Made by a program: the position numbers and the translations under genes
DNA from: Vicugna vicugna
Taxonomy: Eukaryota
DNA: 64,000 nt
Reading direction: 5' to 3'
Assembly: GCA_013265495.1 (NCBI GenBank)
Contig: MU058781.1
Coordinates: 8,537,009-8,601,008, forward strand
Shown: positions 39,647-51,602 of the stretch, one piece after another
Layout: every line of letters starts with the position of its first letter
How positions within the stretch are numbered: the first letter of the stretch is position 1
Notes under the pieces: generated by a model
Database searches by the model: none
Seen by the model: the letters and a program-made list of their open reading frames with translations, nothing else
What the model was told of the DNA's origin: nothing

Positions 39647-40270
39647 TTTACACATGTGTAAATATATCTGTAGAGTAAATACCTAGAAGTGTAATTACTG
39701 GGTTAAACAGTGCATACATTTATAATTTTGATAGATGTTGCCAAATTGCTTTCTTTGCTAATCTGATGAAAAATGGTGTTTTAGTGTCTTTAATTCTCAT
39801 TTCTCATAAGAGCTATTTTTATTTTCCTTTTCTGTGACCTGTCCATGCCCTTTTATCATTTTTCCCATTGGATGATGCTTACTAATTTGTGGTTAGTTTC
39901 TGTTGGAGAAAGTAATCCTTTGTGATAGGATTTCCAGATTGTCCCCTCTTTGTTGTGTTTGCTGTTGATGGTTGCTTTTGCCACGAAGAAGGTAATTGGT
40001 TTTTATACAGTTGACTTTATCAATGTTTTCTTTTACTCCAAGATAATTGTAATTTTCTCATTGTTCCTTCTGTGTCTTTAATAGTTTCATTCTCTTACAT
40101 TAAATCTTTGAGCTACATGGAATTCATTTTATGTGTGACAGGTGGTTCCAACCCTCTCCACTCTCCCCTGATGACTGACCAATTCTCCTGATACTGTTTA
40201 CTGAGTCATTTATCTTTTCTCTTCTAATTTGAAATGCTACCTTTACCACACACTAAATTGCTGTATACAT
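39290..40270 (-). mobile_element. Old L1ME fragment (3' UTR/ORF2 end) containing (TG)n at 39609-39643
   Basis: TATATCTGTAGAGTAAATACCTAGAAGTGTAATTACTGGG...ATAATTTTGATAGATGTTGCCAAATTGC; TTTGAAATGCTACCTTTACCACACACTAAATT. Confidence 0.7.
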
Positions 40271-41579
40271 TTGTATTTTTTACATATTTAAGAATTATGT
40301 TTGTTTATTATGAAAGTTCAAACATACAGACAAGTAGAGGGAATACTTCAGTGAACTGCCCCCATACCTATCAACAGATGTAATGATTAATATTTATCCT
40401 TCTTTCATTATTTCTGTTTTTTCTGAAGAAAGCAATCCCAGATACCATGTTTTATGACCCATATATAACTTCTGCATGCAGCTCTAAAAATATGGACATT
40501 TTAAAAGATAAGTTAAATATTTGACTTTTTATTTCCAAATTCAGGAGAAAAAACATTGGGGGAAACATTTGGTGTCTATGTGCTCTTATTAGTAATCAGT
40601 TGCTTCAGAAGGTGATACCACATTGGCCCTTTAGTTGGTTAGTATTGAGTCGTCATGAAGCTTTCCTCCTGCACTTGTTTTTTGGAGGGACCTGCCTCTG
40701 TGTACCATGGATTTTGAAATTTTTTATTAGTGTAGAGGTGTCCAGATAATTTCACTAGCACGCCACATAATGAGCAGTCTGTGTGTAGACTACATGAATA
40801 ATAAAGTTGTAAGCAGTGGTTAAATATGATCTATTTCTGACAGCATATAGAAGGCTAATGCTAGAAATTGATAACATTTTGGTCAAATTCATGACTGCAT
40901 TCTTGAGAATAAGGGTGTCAGGGCACATGTCCCATTTGATTCTAGATTTGTACCACTGAAGTTAGTGCTGAGTGTCAGATTTGTCAGTTTCATGTGAGAA
41001 AATACATTTCCATGATGCCAGATGGGTGCAAACATCTTACGTACTATAAATTTCAGTTTAGGTTATATTTGTCGATTAGATTGCATGGCTAGTATGTTTA
41101 ATCTTCTTAAAATTGAGCTAACTTCGTAGGGCTTGTTCTTGATCATTCAATTATGTCCTCAGGTTCATTTCCAAAGACAGCTTCAGAAACTTAAAACATG
41201 GCTCACATTCTTTTACAGCTAAAAACTCTCTTGAAAATGAGAAACCATTTTCATCAAATAGCCCTGATCTTCACTAGGATTCACCAAATACCTTGCAGTG
41301 ATATAAAATGAATATAGATTTTAGTTATTATCTGCACAATTCGTATATCCAGTTTGACTAGGAATTCTTTATTTTTGAATGGTTCTGCAATTTGTTGATT
41401 TTTTTCAATTTTGCTGTGTTTTATATGCCTTGTTACAATCTGTTATTGTCTGGTGAGTCCCATACATACTTGACTGGTCAGGTCTTCCAGAGTCTTATAA
41501 TTCACCTAAATAATCTGAAGAGGCACTTTTTCATTTATCTCATTGGATTTTACTATTGTCATTTGATTGAATTAAAGTC

Positions 41580-43030
41580 TCCATTTACTTGTCATGTCTC
41601 CTTAGGCTCCTCTTGCTGGGGCAGTTTCCCAGACTACTTGTTATTGATGACCTTGACAGTTTTAAGGACTCTTGGTTGTTAGATATTATAGGATGTCCCT
41701 CTATTGGAATTTGGTGTTTTTCTCATGATTAGACTTGGGTGATGGGTTTTGGGGAGGAAGACCACACAACTAAAGTGCCATTTTCATTACATCATATCAT
41801 ATAATCATATCATACCCTATCAACATGATTCATGACTGATGTTAACCTTGATCAGCTGCCTGCAGTAGTGTTTGTCAGGTTTCTCCACTGTAAAATCATC
41901 CCCCTTTACCCCACCCTTTCCGTGCTGTGCTCATTGGAAGGAAGTCACTTATGTGTAGCCCACACTTCAGGAGTGGGGAGTTGATGTTCAGTTTCCTTTA
42001 GAGTGGAATATTGACATAATTCATTTTGGAATTTTTCTGCATGGGAGATGTCTCTTCTCCCTTATTTATTAACTTATTCAGTCTTTTATTTATATCACTA
42101 TGGATATTATTTTATACTTTAGGTTATAATCCAGTGCAACTTAATTTTGTTACTTAAATTGTTCTCACTTTGGCCATTGAGAGATCTTTCACTTGTTCCT
42201 TTCTCCCTTTGACATATCTCCATCAGTTTCTTTTTTAATTAAAAAAAATATTTTTGGCACTTTATTGTGCTACAAGATGTTGCAGGCTTATTTGTATATT
42301 TTCCACCCCATCCCTATGTTGACTTAAAGAACAATGCAAACAGAAGAGTTGTGAGCATAAGTTTAATTCAGGGTCTTGGGGAGGACTATAGCCTGGGAGA
42401 CAAGCCACTTGGTTAGCTCTGAGGAAACTGCTCTGAAGAGGTAAGGGAGAAGCCAGTTTGTATGTGATTTTTGGCTAGGAAATACATGCAGTCAGGCATA
42501 CATCTTGGTGAGTGATTATTGCTAACCACAAAGAACAGATATCTCAAGTTAAATGATGCTAGTGTTTTTCTGTGTATGAGAAGATGCAAGAATCTGGGGT
42601 CATTGAAGTTCTTCCCGAGGTGTCCATCTAGCTATCCATGGGGCTTGTTTATCTAATGCACAGCATGCCTCACCATTTTTTTCTTCCTGAATTCCTCTCA
42701 GGGTGCACTGTCAGCAGCTGCTGTGGGTTACCTCTTAACCCTTGTAGAGTTGGGTGGTGAGCAACACACTTGGTTCTTCTTTGTTCACGGCCAGAAGCAG
42801 CCATTTCTCCCAGGAGCCCTGTTCCTTCTACTGGGGAGATGTAGTAGAGGCCAAGACCGGGTCTCAGTGCACCCGTTGCCAGTGCTTGTCCTGTCTTTCA
42901 GACCCTCTCAGGTGGCAGATGGAGGAGATATTTGTGTGTGTATACAAGTGTGTGTAGATATTTGTATGTATCTGTATTAGATTAAACATGAGTTTTTACC
43001 TGTGTCTCCAACTCTAATTCAGTATAACTC
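41580..43030 (-). mobile_element. L1MC-like 3' UTR, split by an LTR insertion
   Basis: GATGACCTTGACAGTTTTAAGGA...GGGTTTTGGGGAGGAAGACCACA...AAGTGCCATTTTCAT; resumes after the LTR with CAGCCATTTCTCCCAGGAGCCCTG. Confidence 0.75.
42317..42789 (-). mobile_element. Solo ERV1 LTR, MER41-like (cetartiodactyl type)
   Basis: Starts TGTTGACTTAAAGAAC, contains GAGGACTATAGCCTGGGAGAC...TAGCTCTGAGGAAACTGCTCTGAAGAGG and GAAGATGCAAGAATCTGGG, ends TTTGTTCACG; interrupts a colinear L1MC. Confidence 0.7.
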
Positions 43031-44714
43031 CAATTTTTTTAAATAACCAAAAAAAAAAAAAAACCCAAAAACCAACAACAAAAAAACCACAGAATGTTTT
43101 ACAAGTTTATGGCAATTTTATCCTGTCCCACACAGGTACCCTTTCTGTTGTTTAGCTTTGTTGTTTAGCTGTGCTTGGATGGACCCGGTATTCACACCCA
43201 GGATAAGGATTTGCGTAAGGATTTCTTCATTCCTGAGCCATTTTCATTCTTCCATGAATTATCTAGCTTTTTAATACTCAAACTCCCCCTGCCCCCGTTT
43301 ATTGATACTGTGTTGCCTAAGTCCTCATACATTTGAACATTTTTTAAAAAATAAAAATTGGGTTCTATCAGTGAGATGCTTGAAAATTTTATCCATTCAC
43401 CTTCTATCCTCATAGTATTTTTTTTTGTTTGTTTTGTTTTTCAGTTTCGGGTGGATAATGTGGGCAAAGGGAGTGAAGAATAACATTGGATTGATGACCG
43501 AAATGTTTTGTTTTCAGTTTTATATGTTTACTCTGCCTTCAGATGACATATTCCCTAAATTTATAGATTAAATTTGGCCCCTTCTCAGGTTAGAACATTG
43601 TGGTATTTTTCTTTGCTGATTTTCTTTTGTTGTAGTTCATTGGGATTTGAAAAAGGTAAGTTCTGTGATTCTTTTGCCTTGACCAGCACATTTTTCCTCG
43701 AAAGCCCTTTTCGCTCTACTGCTTCTGCAAAGTTACTGTTGACATTTAAGTACTACTGTAATACCTAACTGTTATCTTAGCTGCTAGTATAATTCTCAGT
43801 TTTTAAAGAGCTTAATTGGCTATCATTTTCATTAGGAATTGACATGTTGATTTTTTTTAATCCTAATCTGAAAGAGAAAGGAGACACCCCCCACCCCTTG
43901 CATTTGCCAGGCTTTTTTTAAGAAAAAGTTTTTATGCATGAACATATTTGTGAGACTCATTGTATTATTTTTGTATGGCTTTTTTGGTGAAGAAAAATGT
44001 ATGTTAAAGGTGTTCTGGGGTTAGTGAGCAATGAAATATAAATCTGTCTGTTTCCAGGGCAAAGCATAACTTCTCTTCAGATAAACAGTTGTAGACAAGT
44101 TTTGTCGTTGCAGGAAGTTTATTCGTTTTTTAGTATCAACAGAAAAAGAGTTTAACATTATAGTGAAATATATACCCTTATTTTAGAAAAATGGCGATTT
44201 TTGAAAAATCTTAAGATAATCAGTATGTAAACTAACTTTGTAAGCCAAGGAAGCACACTAATAAGTTTATGCAGTGACCCATTTGGACCATGGAGAGTGG
44301 GGATATGATATAATAATATAACAGCCTGCCAACTTAGACTTATTTTATAACACTTAGGTTATTCAGTGTGTTAAAGGTTTTTAAATAGGATCCTTTGTAA
44401 TATACTTTCCCAAACTCCTTGGGAAAGGGAAATTGCTATTGTTGTGTTCAAATCTTGTTAAAATAAAATCTTACTGCTATAAAATTTACAGAAGGAGTAG
44501 TATACTGATTCAGAAGTTTTTTTTAATAAAGCGCAAAATGCTTGCTGTATAATATGTTGAACAAAGTAAATCAAGGTGGAGGTTAGTAATTAATAGGGAG
44601 GTTTTGTTGAGTTCTAAGCCATGGTGCCTGACATAAAGAAAAATAGTACTGTTTTATGGACCCTTATTTTATTACTGTTTTATTTTGAAATGCTTTTAAA
44701 TACATTTGACAGCA

Positions 44715-44950
44715 GTAGTGTGTAAGTGATGGTTAAGGTTGCAGAGTCTGGAGCCAGTTGCTGAATTCACATCTTGGTTCTGTCATTTGGTAGTGTGTGA
44801 CCTTGGCTGAGTTACTTAAGTTCAGATCTCTCATCTGTAAAATGGAGACAGCCATGTACTTGTGTCATGGAATTGTTGTAAGGATTGAATGAATTTATAC
44901 ATGTAAAACTCTGAGAGTCTGGCACAAGAATGTCCTGAATAAATACTAGT
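44715..44950 (+). mobile_element. MIR SINE
   Basis: GGTTAAG...AGTCTGGAGCCAG...TGTGTGACCTTGGCTGAGTTACTTAAG...CTCATCTGTAAAATGG. Confidence 0.8.
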
Positions 44951-47449
44951 TATGATTTTTATCTATGTATTGATGTGTCTGTCTATCTGTATCATTTTAA
45001 AAGGCATATTGGTTTATGAATAGGCTTTCTTTGAGAGATTGGAGAATCTTTTCATGCAGCTTTTTGTGGAATTCTTTTCTTGAAACTAGATCCTATGCAG
45101 TTTGGGAGAGTTTTCAGCCTAATTCAAGGGGTTTGTTTTCAAAGTTTATGAGAAGGCATTTTGTGATTGCGGGGAGGGGATGACCGCTAGGATGAGGGGC
45201 CGGTCAGCTCTTGGAAGAGCCCATTTTTGAGGAGTGGAGTAGTAGTGTTCAGAGCTAAGAGCCATGCAGAAAGCCTCCACTATACCATGCAGGTCTTTAT
45301 CTTCCCTGTCAATCAGTTAAAAGAACTCATGAGAAAAACTCGTAGTATTTTGTTTTTATAAGACGTTTTCTCCCTCTTGAAGATGTATCTTGTGTTATGT
45401 TCTTACTCAGGAGCAGGCTGGGCAGATAATGGAGCATCCGGCTGCTGCTCCATCCTGTATGCACAATATGCAAGGCCCGCCTTTGATGTAGTTGGATCCC
45501 TGTTTCTCCTCACCCGGATGCTCTCTTAACAGCTCACCCTGAGCCCCCCAGACTCGTAGGAAACTGGGCTGTGATCTTGGATTAGAACCAAGGGGTAGAA
45601 TTAATTTTAAAACATCCATTTCCATAAATGGAGTAGTGGAGGAGAGGGAAGAGACGAAAATTTGAAACGTATTTCAAATTATAAGATTACTTAGTACTAA
45701 AATCTTTTACATAAGCTTCTGTATTTAAAATTCTGTGTAGTACCATATTTCTACAGAGTTTAGGAGGCCAGTTTTGTCTGTTTAATTGAGGGTATTCACA
45801 TCAACAGTGGGTATTAAAGTAGGCTATAGATGAGAAATAGTTTCCTTGTAATCGTGATTTTGTTGAAACAAAATTCTGTCTAATGCTTCTATGCTTTTTG
45901 GCATAGATCCTGTGATTATGGTTTATAAAACAGTCGCACCTTCTCTATTCATGTGTTTTCTGAGTAGTAACACGATTTCCCAGAATACTTAGCACACTTA
46001 ATTCAAAAAGACAATATTTGTCTTTGCTATGGTCGCAGTGAGATAAAACACTGACGCATTCTAGATAGAGATATTATGGACAGTTAATTCCTGGGAAAAA
46101 TTATCTTATTTCTATTGGAACTTTTTGTAAGAATAAAACCATAGGTAAGACTGGTATCTGTTTTTGTAACTGTAATCTAGAAATAGTTATATATTCTACT
46201 CTACTTCAGCAGACTTTTAAAAAATGTGTTGTACAGACTTTAAAAATTATTTACCAGGGTTTTCTATCAAATATAAAAACGGCTGTTAGAGAAAATTTTA
46301 CTGTTTTTTTTTAAAGTTAAAGTGTTGCATCAATCTGTTTTACCTTTTCTGAATTGATTAATTCAGTAAGAATTCCAGTGGTGGTATGTTAGTCCAGTGT
46401 GTTTCCCACAGTTCTCACCAGGGAAATGTGTGAAATTCACTAAATTAATTGAAAAGTTTTCAATGTCTTTGTGACTTATGACAATTCCTGAAAATTAGGG
46501 CTTTCTAATGAGTCACATTATATAGGTAATGTGTAAAAAGTCAATATATTGCTATAAGGCCCAATTCAATAAGTGAGATATATTTGGCTTAAATGCAGTC
46601 TGTGTATTTTGACTCTCTTAAGTGATTTGTACCATTAAGATCTATTTTCCCTATGAGGTTAAGTAGAAGTAAGGCGTTTACAATCAATGAATTGCTTCTG
46701 GAGAGAGCATAACATAAACAGATTTTGCTGTAGTAAAGATTATAAAATATCATCATAGAGGTAAACATGGACTGTTAAGTTAAAAAAAATTGTCAGAGTG
46801 TATAAACTTGGAATTGGGAGACTCTACACCCCTTTGACATACATCAGCCTTCCTGGTTTAGGCTTAAAACCATAGCACTGTCTCCGAGACCTGCCTTAAT
46901 TGTGTTCCCCATTACCCAATCATTCAAGTCTGATTTAGGATCTATGTTTTCCTTGCTGCAGCTGCTGTGGGCAGAGTGGGGCTTGAGAGTGTGGACTGAG
47001 TATATTTTTTTCCTCCTTCTTTAATTTTGTAATTATTTAACTTCTGAAGCCACTCTTACTTCACGCTTACATAAACGTTGTTGTTAGGAGAGATCATTTT
47101 CCGTCTGTCTCATTTTTGCAAATAAGCTTCCTGCTAGAAAGTAAGCTAGTTGGAAAGAGAAACCTTGACTAAATCTTGATCATTGTCTGTTTTCCCAGCA
47201 TCTGGTAGAGTGTTTTACACATGGTAGGCTCTTCAAAATACATGTTGAATGAAAGAAAGGAAATGAAGTCTGGAGAGGCTAAGTGAACGTATTATGCAGG
47301 GAATGTATATTATAACACACTACCAAATTAATATTCGTTAAATAAGTACTCCAAAAGGCTTTAGAAAGATTGGTTATTATTAGTAGTGATCATGCAATAG
47401 TAAATCATTCATATTTCATAAGAATTTATTAGATAACACACCCCATGTT

Positions 47450-48450
47450 TAGATAGGGATGCTTTGCATTGTACGTAACAAAACACCCAATCAACAGTGG
47501 CTTAAACTAATGAGGATTTATTTTCTTTGCGTAAGAAGTTTGGAGGTAGGTGTCTTGCTGACTTTGGCTTAGCTGCTCAGCAGTGTCAGGGCTGCTGTTC
47601 TGTAATTTTCTTGACCTTTCCTTCATTACTGCAAGATGGTTGCTCCTGCTCGAGGCATTGCCTTTCTGTTTGAGGTGCCACGAAGAGGTGTGGATTGACC
47701 GCAGCATCTCTCTGTTTGCCACGAAACCAAAAGCCTTTCTGGAACCTTTCTTCATTCTACCTGGAAACCAGAAGCCTTCTTAGAAAACTTGTAGCACAGC
47801 AGACTTCCCCTTAAGAGTTATGGCCCAAACTGTTTGATGTGGCCACCGTTACTGGAAGGAAGGCTGAGAAAGTGTGATGTAGCTCTTCCAGCCTCTGGTG
47901 GAGAAGGGAGAAGGAGTTTGGAACTAGGTATTGGGTTTGTTAACCAATAGTATCTGCAAAATCTGCCACTTTGGCTAGCTAAAATCAAAATATAGCTTCT
48001 TCTTTATGAATACATTTTACACTGAATACAGTCACCACTTCTCTGAGGGAGATGCCTGATCTCACTCATGATTGCATCTGCCTCATAGTCTAAGATGTCT
48101 GTTTCATGTGTAGTTTTCTCCATCAGGTCTAGTTGTAGCTGGTTGTCTTCTGATGACCTAAAGCTAAAAGAGAAAAATCTGTGTTCCTAGTACACCCAGA
48201 AAACCGTAACGGTTACAGGAACAAGATAACTTTAATAAATCCTCCCACTTAGAAAAGGAGAGAATTAGAAACTCAGAATAGTCACTGGTCCACAAATGTA
48301 CCATGTTCTGGAGGATATGAGTATTGAAGACTTCGTGTTCAGGCAGTGGATTAAATTCCTTAGTTAATCCATCTGCTGTCGCTGCTTCATGTTTCCTGGG
48401 AGAGTCTCCCTTGGTCACAATGTCTTGATTTCTATAGCTACACAAGAAGT
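47450..48450 (-). mobile_element. MaLR MLT1-type LTR (~47450-47960) plus adjoining MLT1 internal fragment
   Basis: GTAACAAAACACCCAATCAACAGTGGCTTAAAC...AAGAAGTTTGGAGGTAGG...GCAAGATGGTTGC; internal-like CCTCCCACTTAGAAAAGGAGAGAAT...AGTCACTGGTCC. Confidence 0.65.
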
Positions 48451-48489
48451 CTTGAAGTGGGCAGACTGGTTCCTCCCACTTCCTTCTTC

Positions 48490-49250
48490 CTTTGCAGAGG
48501 TGTTTGGGCTATTCTAGGGACTTCCCCTTCCATATGCATTCTGGAGTAAGTTTGTCTGTGCCTACCGAAAAGCTTGCCGGGATTTTGATAGGAATTGCAT
48601 TAAACTTACAGATCAGATTGGAGGGAATTGACATCCTTACTACCTTGAGTCTTCTAATCCATGAACATGGGAAGTCTCTATAGTGATTTGGTCTACTTTA
48701 ATTTCTTTCAACAAAATTTTCTACTTTTCAGCATATAGATCTAGTACACATTTTTTTAGATTTATACCTAAGTATTTCATTTTCTTTGGAGCACTTATCA
48801 GTGGTAGTCCATTTGTTGATTTGTTTCACTTGTGAGTTGCTAGTATATACAAATGTGATTGATTTTTGTTTGTTGATTTGATATTCTGTGACCTTGGAGA
48901 ACCCAGTTTTTCTAGAAGTTTTTTGTAAATTCCTTGGGATTTTCTACATTGATAATCATGTCATCTGCAAAAAGAGACAGCTTTCTTTCTTTCCAGTCTG
49001 TTTGCATTTTGCTTCTTTTTTGGCTTCCTTGTGCTGTCTGGACCACCTTGTACTGTGCTGAATTTGAGAGGTGAGATTGGACATCCTTGCCTGGTTTTTG
49101 ATCTTAGGGGGAAAGAATTCAGTCTTTCATCATTAAGTGATGTTAACTATAGGATTTTTGTTAGATATTCTTTATGTGTTTGAGGGAGACACTTTCTGTT
49201 CCTAGTTTTCTGAGTGTTTTTGCCATGAATGACTGTTGGATGAATTAGAG
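48490..49250 (-). mobile_element. Old L1M ORF2 fragment
   Basis: GGGATTTTGATAGGAATTGCATTAAAC...TTGAGTCTTCTAATCCATGAACATGG...ATCATGTCATCTGCAAA...GGACATCCTTGCCT is antisense L1 ORF2. Confidence 0.85.
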
Positions 49251-49719
49251 ATTCTTAAAAACACTACGAGGGAGACTGGATTATTATTTTTTAGTTGGGA
49301 ATAGGTTAGTGCATGAATAACAGAATGATAAAGTCTTTTATCTAATATATGTAGTATTTAGTCATCAAAGACATGAATCAGCTTCACTTATTTCTCCATA
49401 TATAAGTGAAGATGTATGAATATAATTATGTGTGAATCTTTTTCTCTTCAGCTTTTAAAATAAATATTCCTTTTACGTTTACAAAAACCCCACTTTGTTG
49501 ATACCTTTGTTGGTCCTGCCACTGACATTGTCCTCGTGAAACTCACCCACATCTTCCTATCAGAGAAAAAAATACTTCCATGTGGATAGAGAGTCACATT
49601 CCATGGTTTTTTAGTGCCTTTTATTCTCCGGCAATTTTTTGGTGGCAGCCACATGTTACCGAGCAGTTTGCCTCTCTTATCACCTCTGTTTAAAAACTAA
49701 AATTTTAAAAAAGAAGAAA

Positions 49720-50400
49720 AAAATGATGTTCACAAAAAAGTTGCAGGAGCACTGCTGAAAACCTTTTCCGAAGCCACTGGATAGTAAGCTGTTCACTTGA
49801 TGCCTCATTGTCCCAAATACTTTAGTGTCTGTTTCCTGTAAAGCTATTGTCCAACAAAAACAGCAACGCAGCCTTGGTAGATGGGGAATTGACCCGTAGG
49901 CCTCGCCACCGCCTGCTCCTCAGCCCTCACACGTGTTATTCCCGTGATGTCCTTCCCAGCAGGAGGATACGTATTTGGAATCACATTTTGCATTGAGTTG
50001 TCATGTCTCCTAAGACCCTTTTAATCTGAATCAGTTTCTCTCTTTTCCTTCCTTGCCTTGTTTGTCATTTTTGAGGAAGCAGGCCAGGGATTTGAACGAT
50101 CGGACTGTGATTTGTGTTTGTCTGATGCTTCTCCTGATTGGGTTCAAGTTCTGCATCGTTAACAGGAGTGTCTTCAGAATGGATCCACTTAGTGCATCCT
50201 GTCAAGTGACACCTGACTTTGATTTGCCCCGTTATCGGGGATGTTAACTTTGATCAGTTAATTAAGGTGATACCTGCCAAGTTTCTGTACTGAAAGGTTA
50301 TTTTTTTTCCCTTTGTAGTTAGCAGTGTATTCGGTGGGGAGGTTCTTTGAGCTATGTAAATTTCCTCATCAGACTTTCCCCTCTTTGACCTCCTGCTCTG
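49720..50400 (-). mobile_element. L1MC-like 3' UTR fragment
   Basis: TTGCATTGAGTTGTCATGTCTC...GATGTTAACTTTGATCA...GTTTCTGTACTGAAAGGTTA, similar to the L1MC at 41580. Confidence 0.6.
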
Positions 50401-50419
50401 CACCTAGCTGCGTCTCCAG

Positions 50420-50965
50420 GGGTGCCCGCCTCACTCCTCCTGGAGCCCAGTGCCCTGTGAGCACTCCCTCCTAGAGCCTCCCAGGGCCGCCCTCCTGCGT
50501 GCCTGCTTCCCTCCCCCGCTTGTGCGCTGACAGCAGACCCCTGGCGGCTGCCGCCCCTGGAGGCCCCTTCACCTCCCCGGGCCTCGGCTCCCGCAGATCT
50601 GGCTGCCCTTCGGTGCCTGTGCCATCTCACTGGGCCCCAGCTCTGATGCCCCTCGCTGGGCTGCTCCCCCACAGGGATGCCCTTCTTGCTCTTGCTGGGC
50701 TCTGAGCCCCTGGGCTGGGCTGCCTGCCTGGGTGGATGCTCTCTGCTGACTCTGACACATGGATCAGGCCACACTCCTTTGTGGCCACCCCCACCCTCTT
50801 CGTTTCTCACCTACTGATACCTCATGCCAGGTCACCCTCCCATACAGATGCCTCCCTCGTCCTGCTTGGGCTCTGACACCCTCCTTCTCTTGGATGGGCT
50901 CTGATACCACTCCTTAGATGGCCACCTGCCTTCCCCGAGCACGGCTGCCAGCCTTGCTCAACACC
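50420..50965. repeat. GC-rich degenerate tandem array (motif ~GGATGCCCTC...CTGCTTGGGCTCTGACACC)
   Basis: Recurring GCTCTGA(C/T/G) and G(G/A)ATGC(C/T) motifs about every 50-60 bp. Confidence 0.6.
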
Positions 50966-51329
50966 CCCCTTCACTTTGTACCGAATCATTATGAAAGGGT
51001 AGGGAGGGGAGCTCCGGTCTCCTCTTACGTTGTTCACTTTTCAGTTGTTTTGTCCTTATTCATCCCTCTGTTGTTTGCTTTCTCATCTTTTCTTTCTACT
51101 TCATAGGTCTTTTCATGAGAAATAGGTAATTTGTAACATTCCAAATGTAAAATTAATTTTTTTAGAGAAAAAGAGATGACTATAATCTGTGACTAAAAGT
51201 GCAAAGCGTAGTTGTTTTAGATGTCATGAAAGAAATAATCCCCATACACGGGAGTAAAGACAACATCACAGTGTCCCTCAGAAGGGGTATTGACGGCGTG
51301 GATTCAGAGTGCTTCAGTTCACCTGTTAG

Positions 51330-51510
51330 GGACACAGGTAGATCCCTGCCTAGTCTCCTGGTTCCCAGTTTATGGCGCCTCTTTGCAAGTGACATCTTTC
51401 TATCCCTGCTTCCTCATCTGTGAGATGGGGATCTTAAATACTTACCTCATGAGGCTGTTGGGAAGCTCAGATGAGATAAGATATTTGAAAATGCTTTGCA
51501 AAGGGTAAAA
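51330..51510 (+). mobile_element. MIR SINE
   Basis: GCTTCCTCATCTGTGAGATGGGGAT...TACCTCATGAGGCTGTTGGGAAG..CAGATGAGATAA. Confidence 0.75.
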
Positions 51511-51602
51511 TGCAGATGTGGTCATTTAGTTCTAATTCATTGCATAGTCAAGTGGAAATTGACAGGAAATTAAGTCAAGCATTTTAATTGCATTGTGACT
51601 TC

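Noticed and set aside
50352..51037. GC-rich ORF cluster or CpG island as a gene start
   Set aside because: Low-complexity translations with no recognisable domain; explained by a degenerate repeat with modest CpG content
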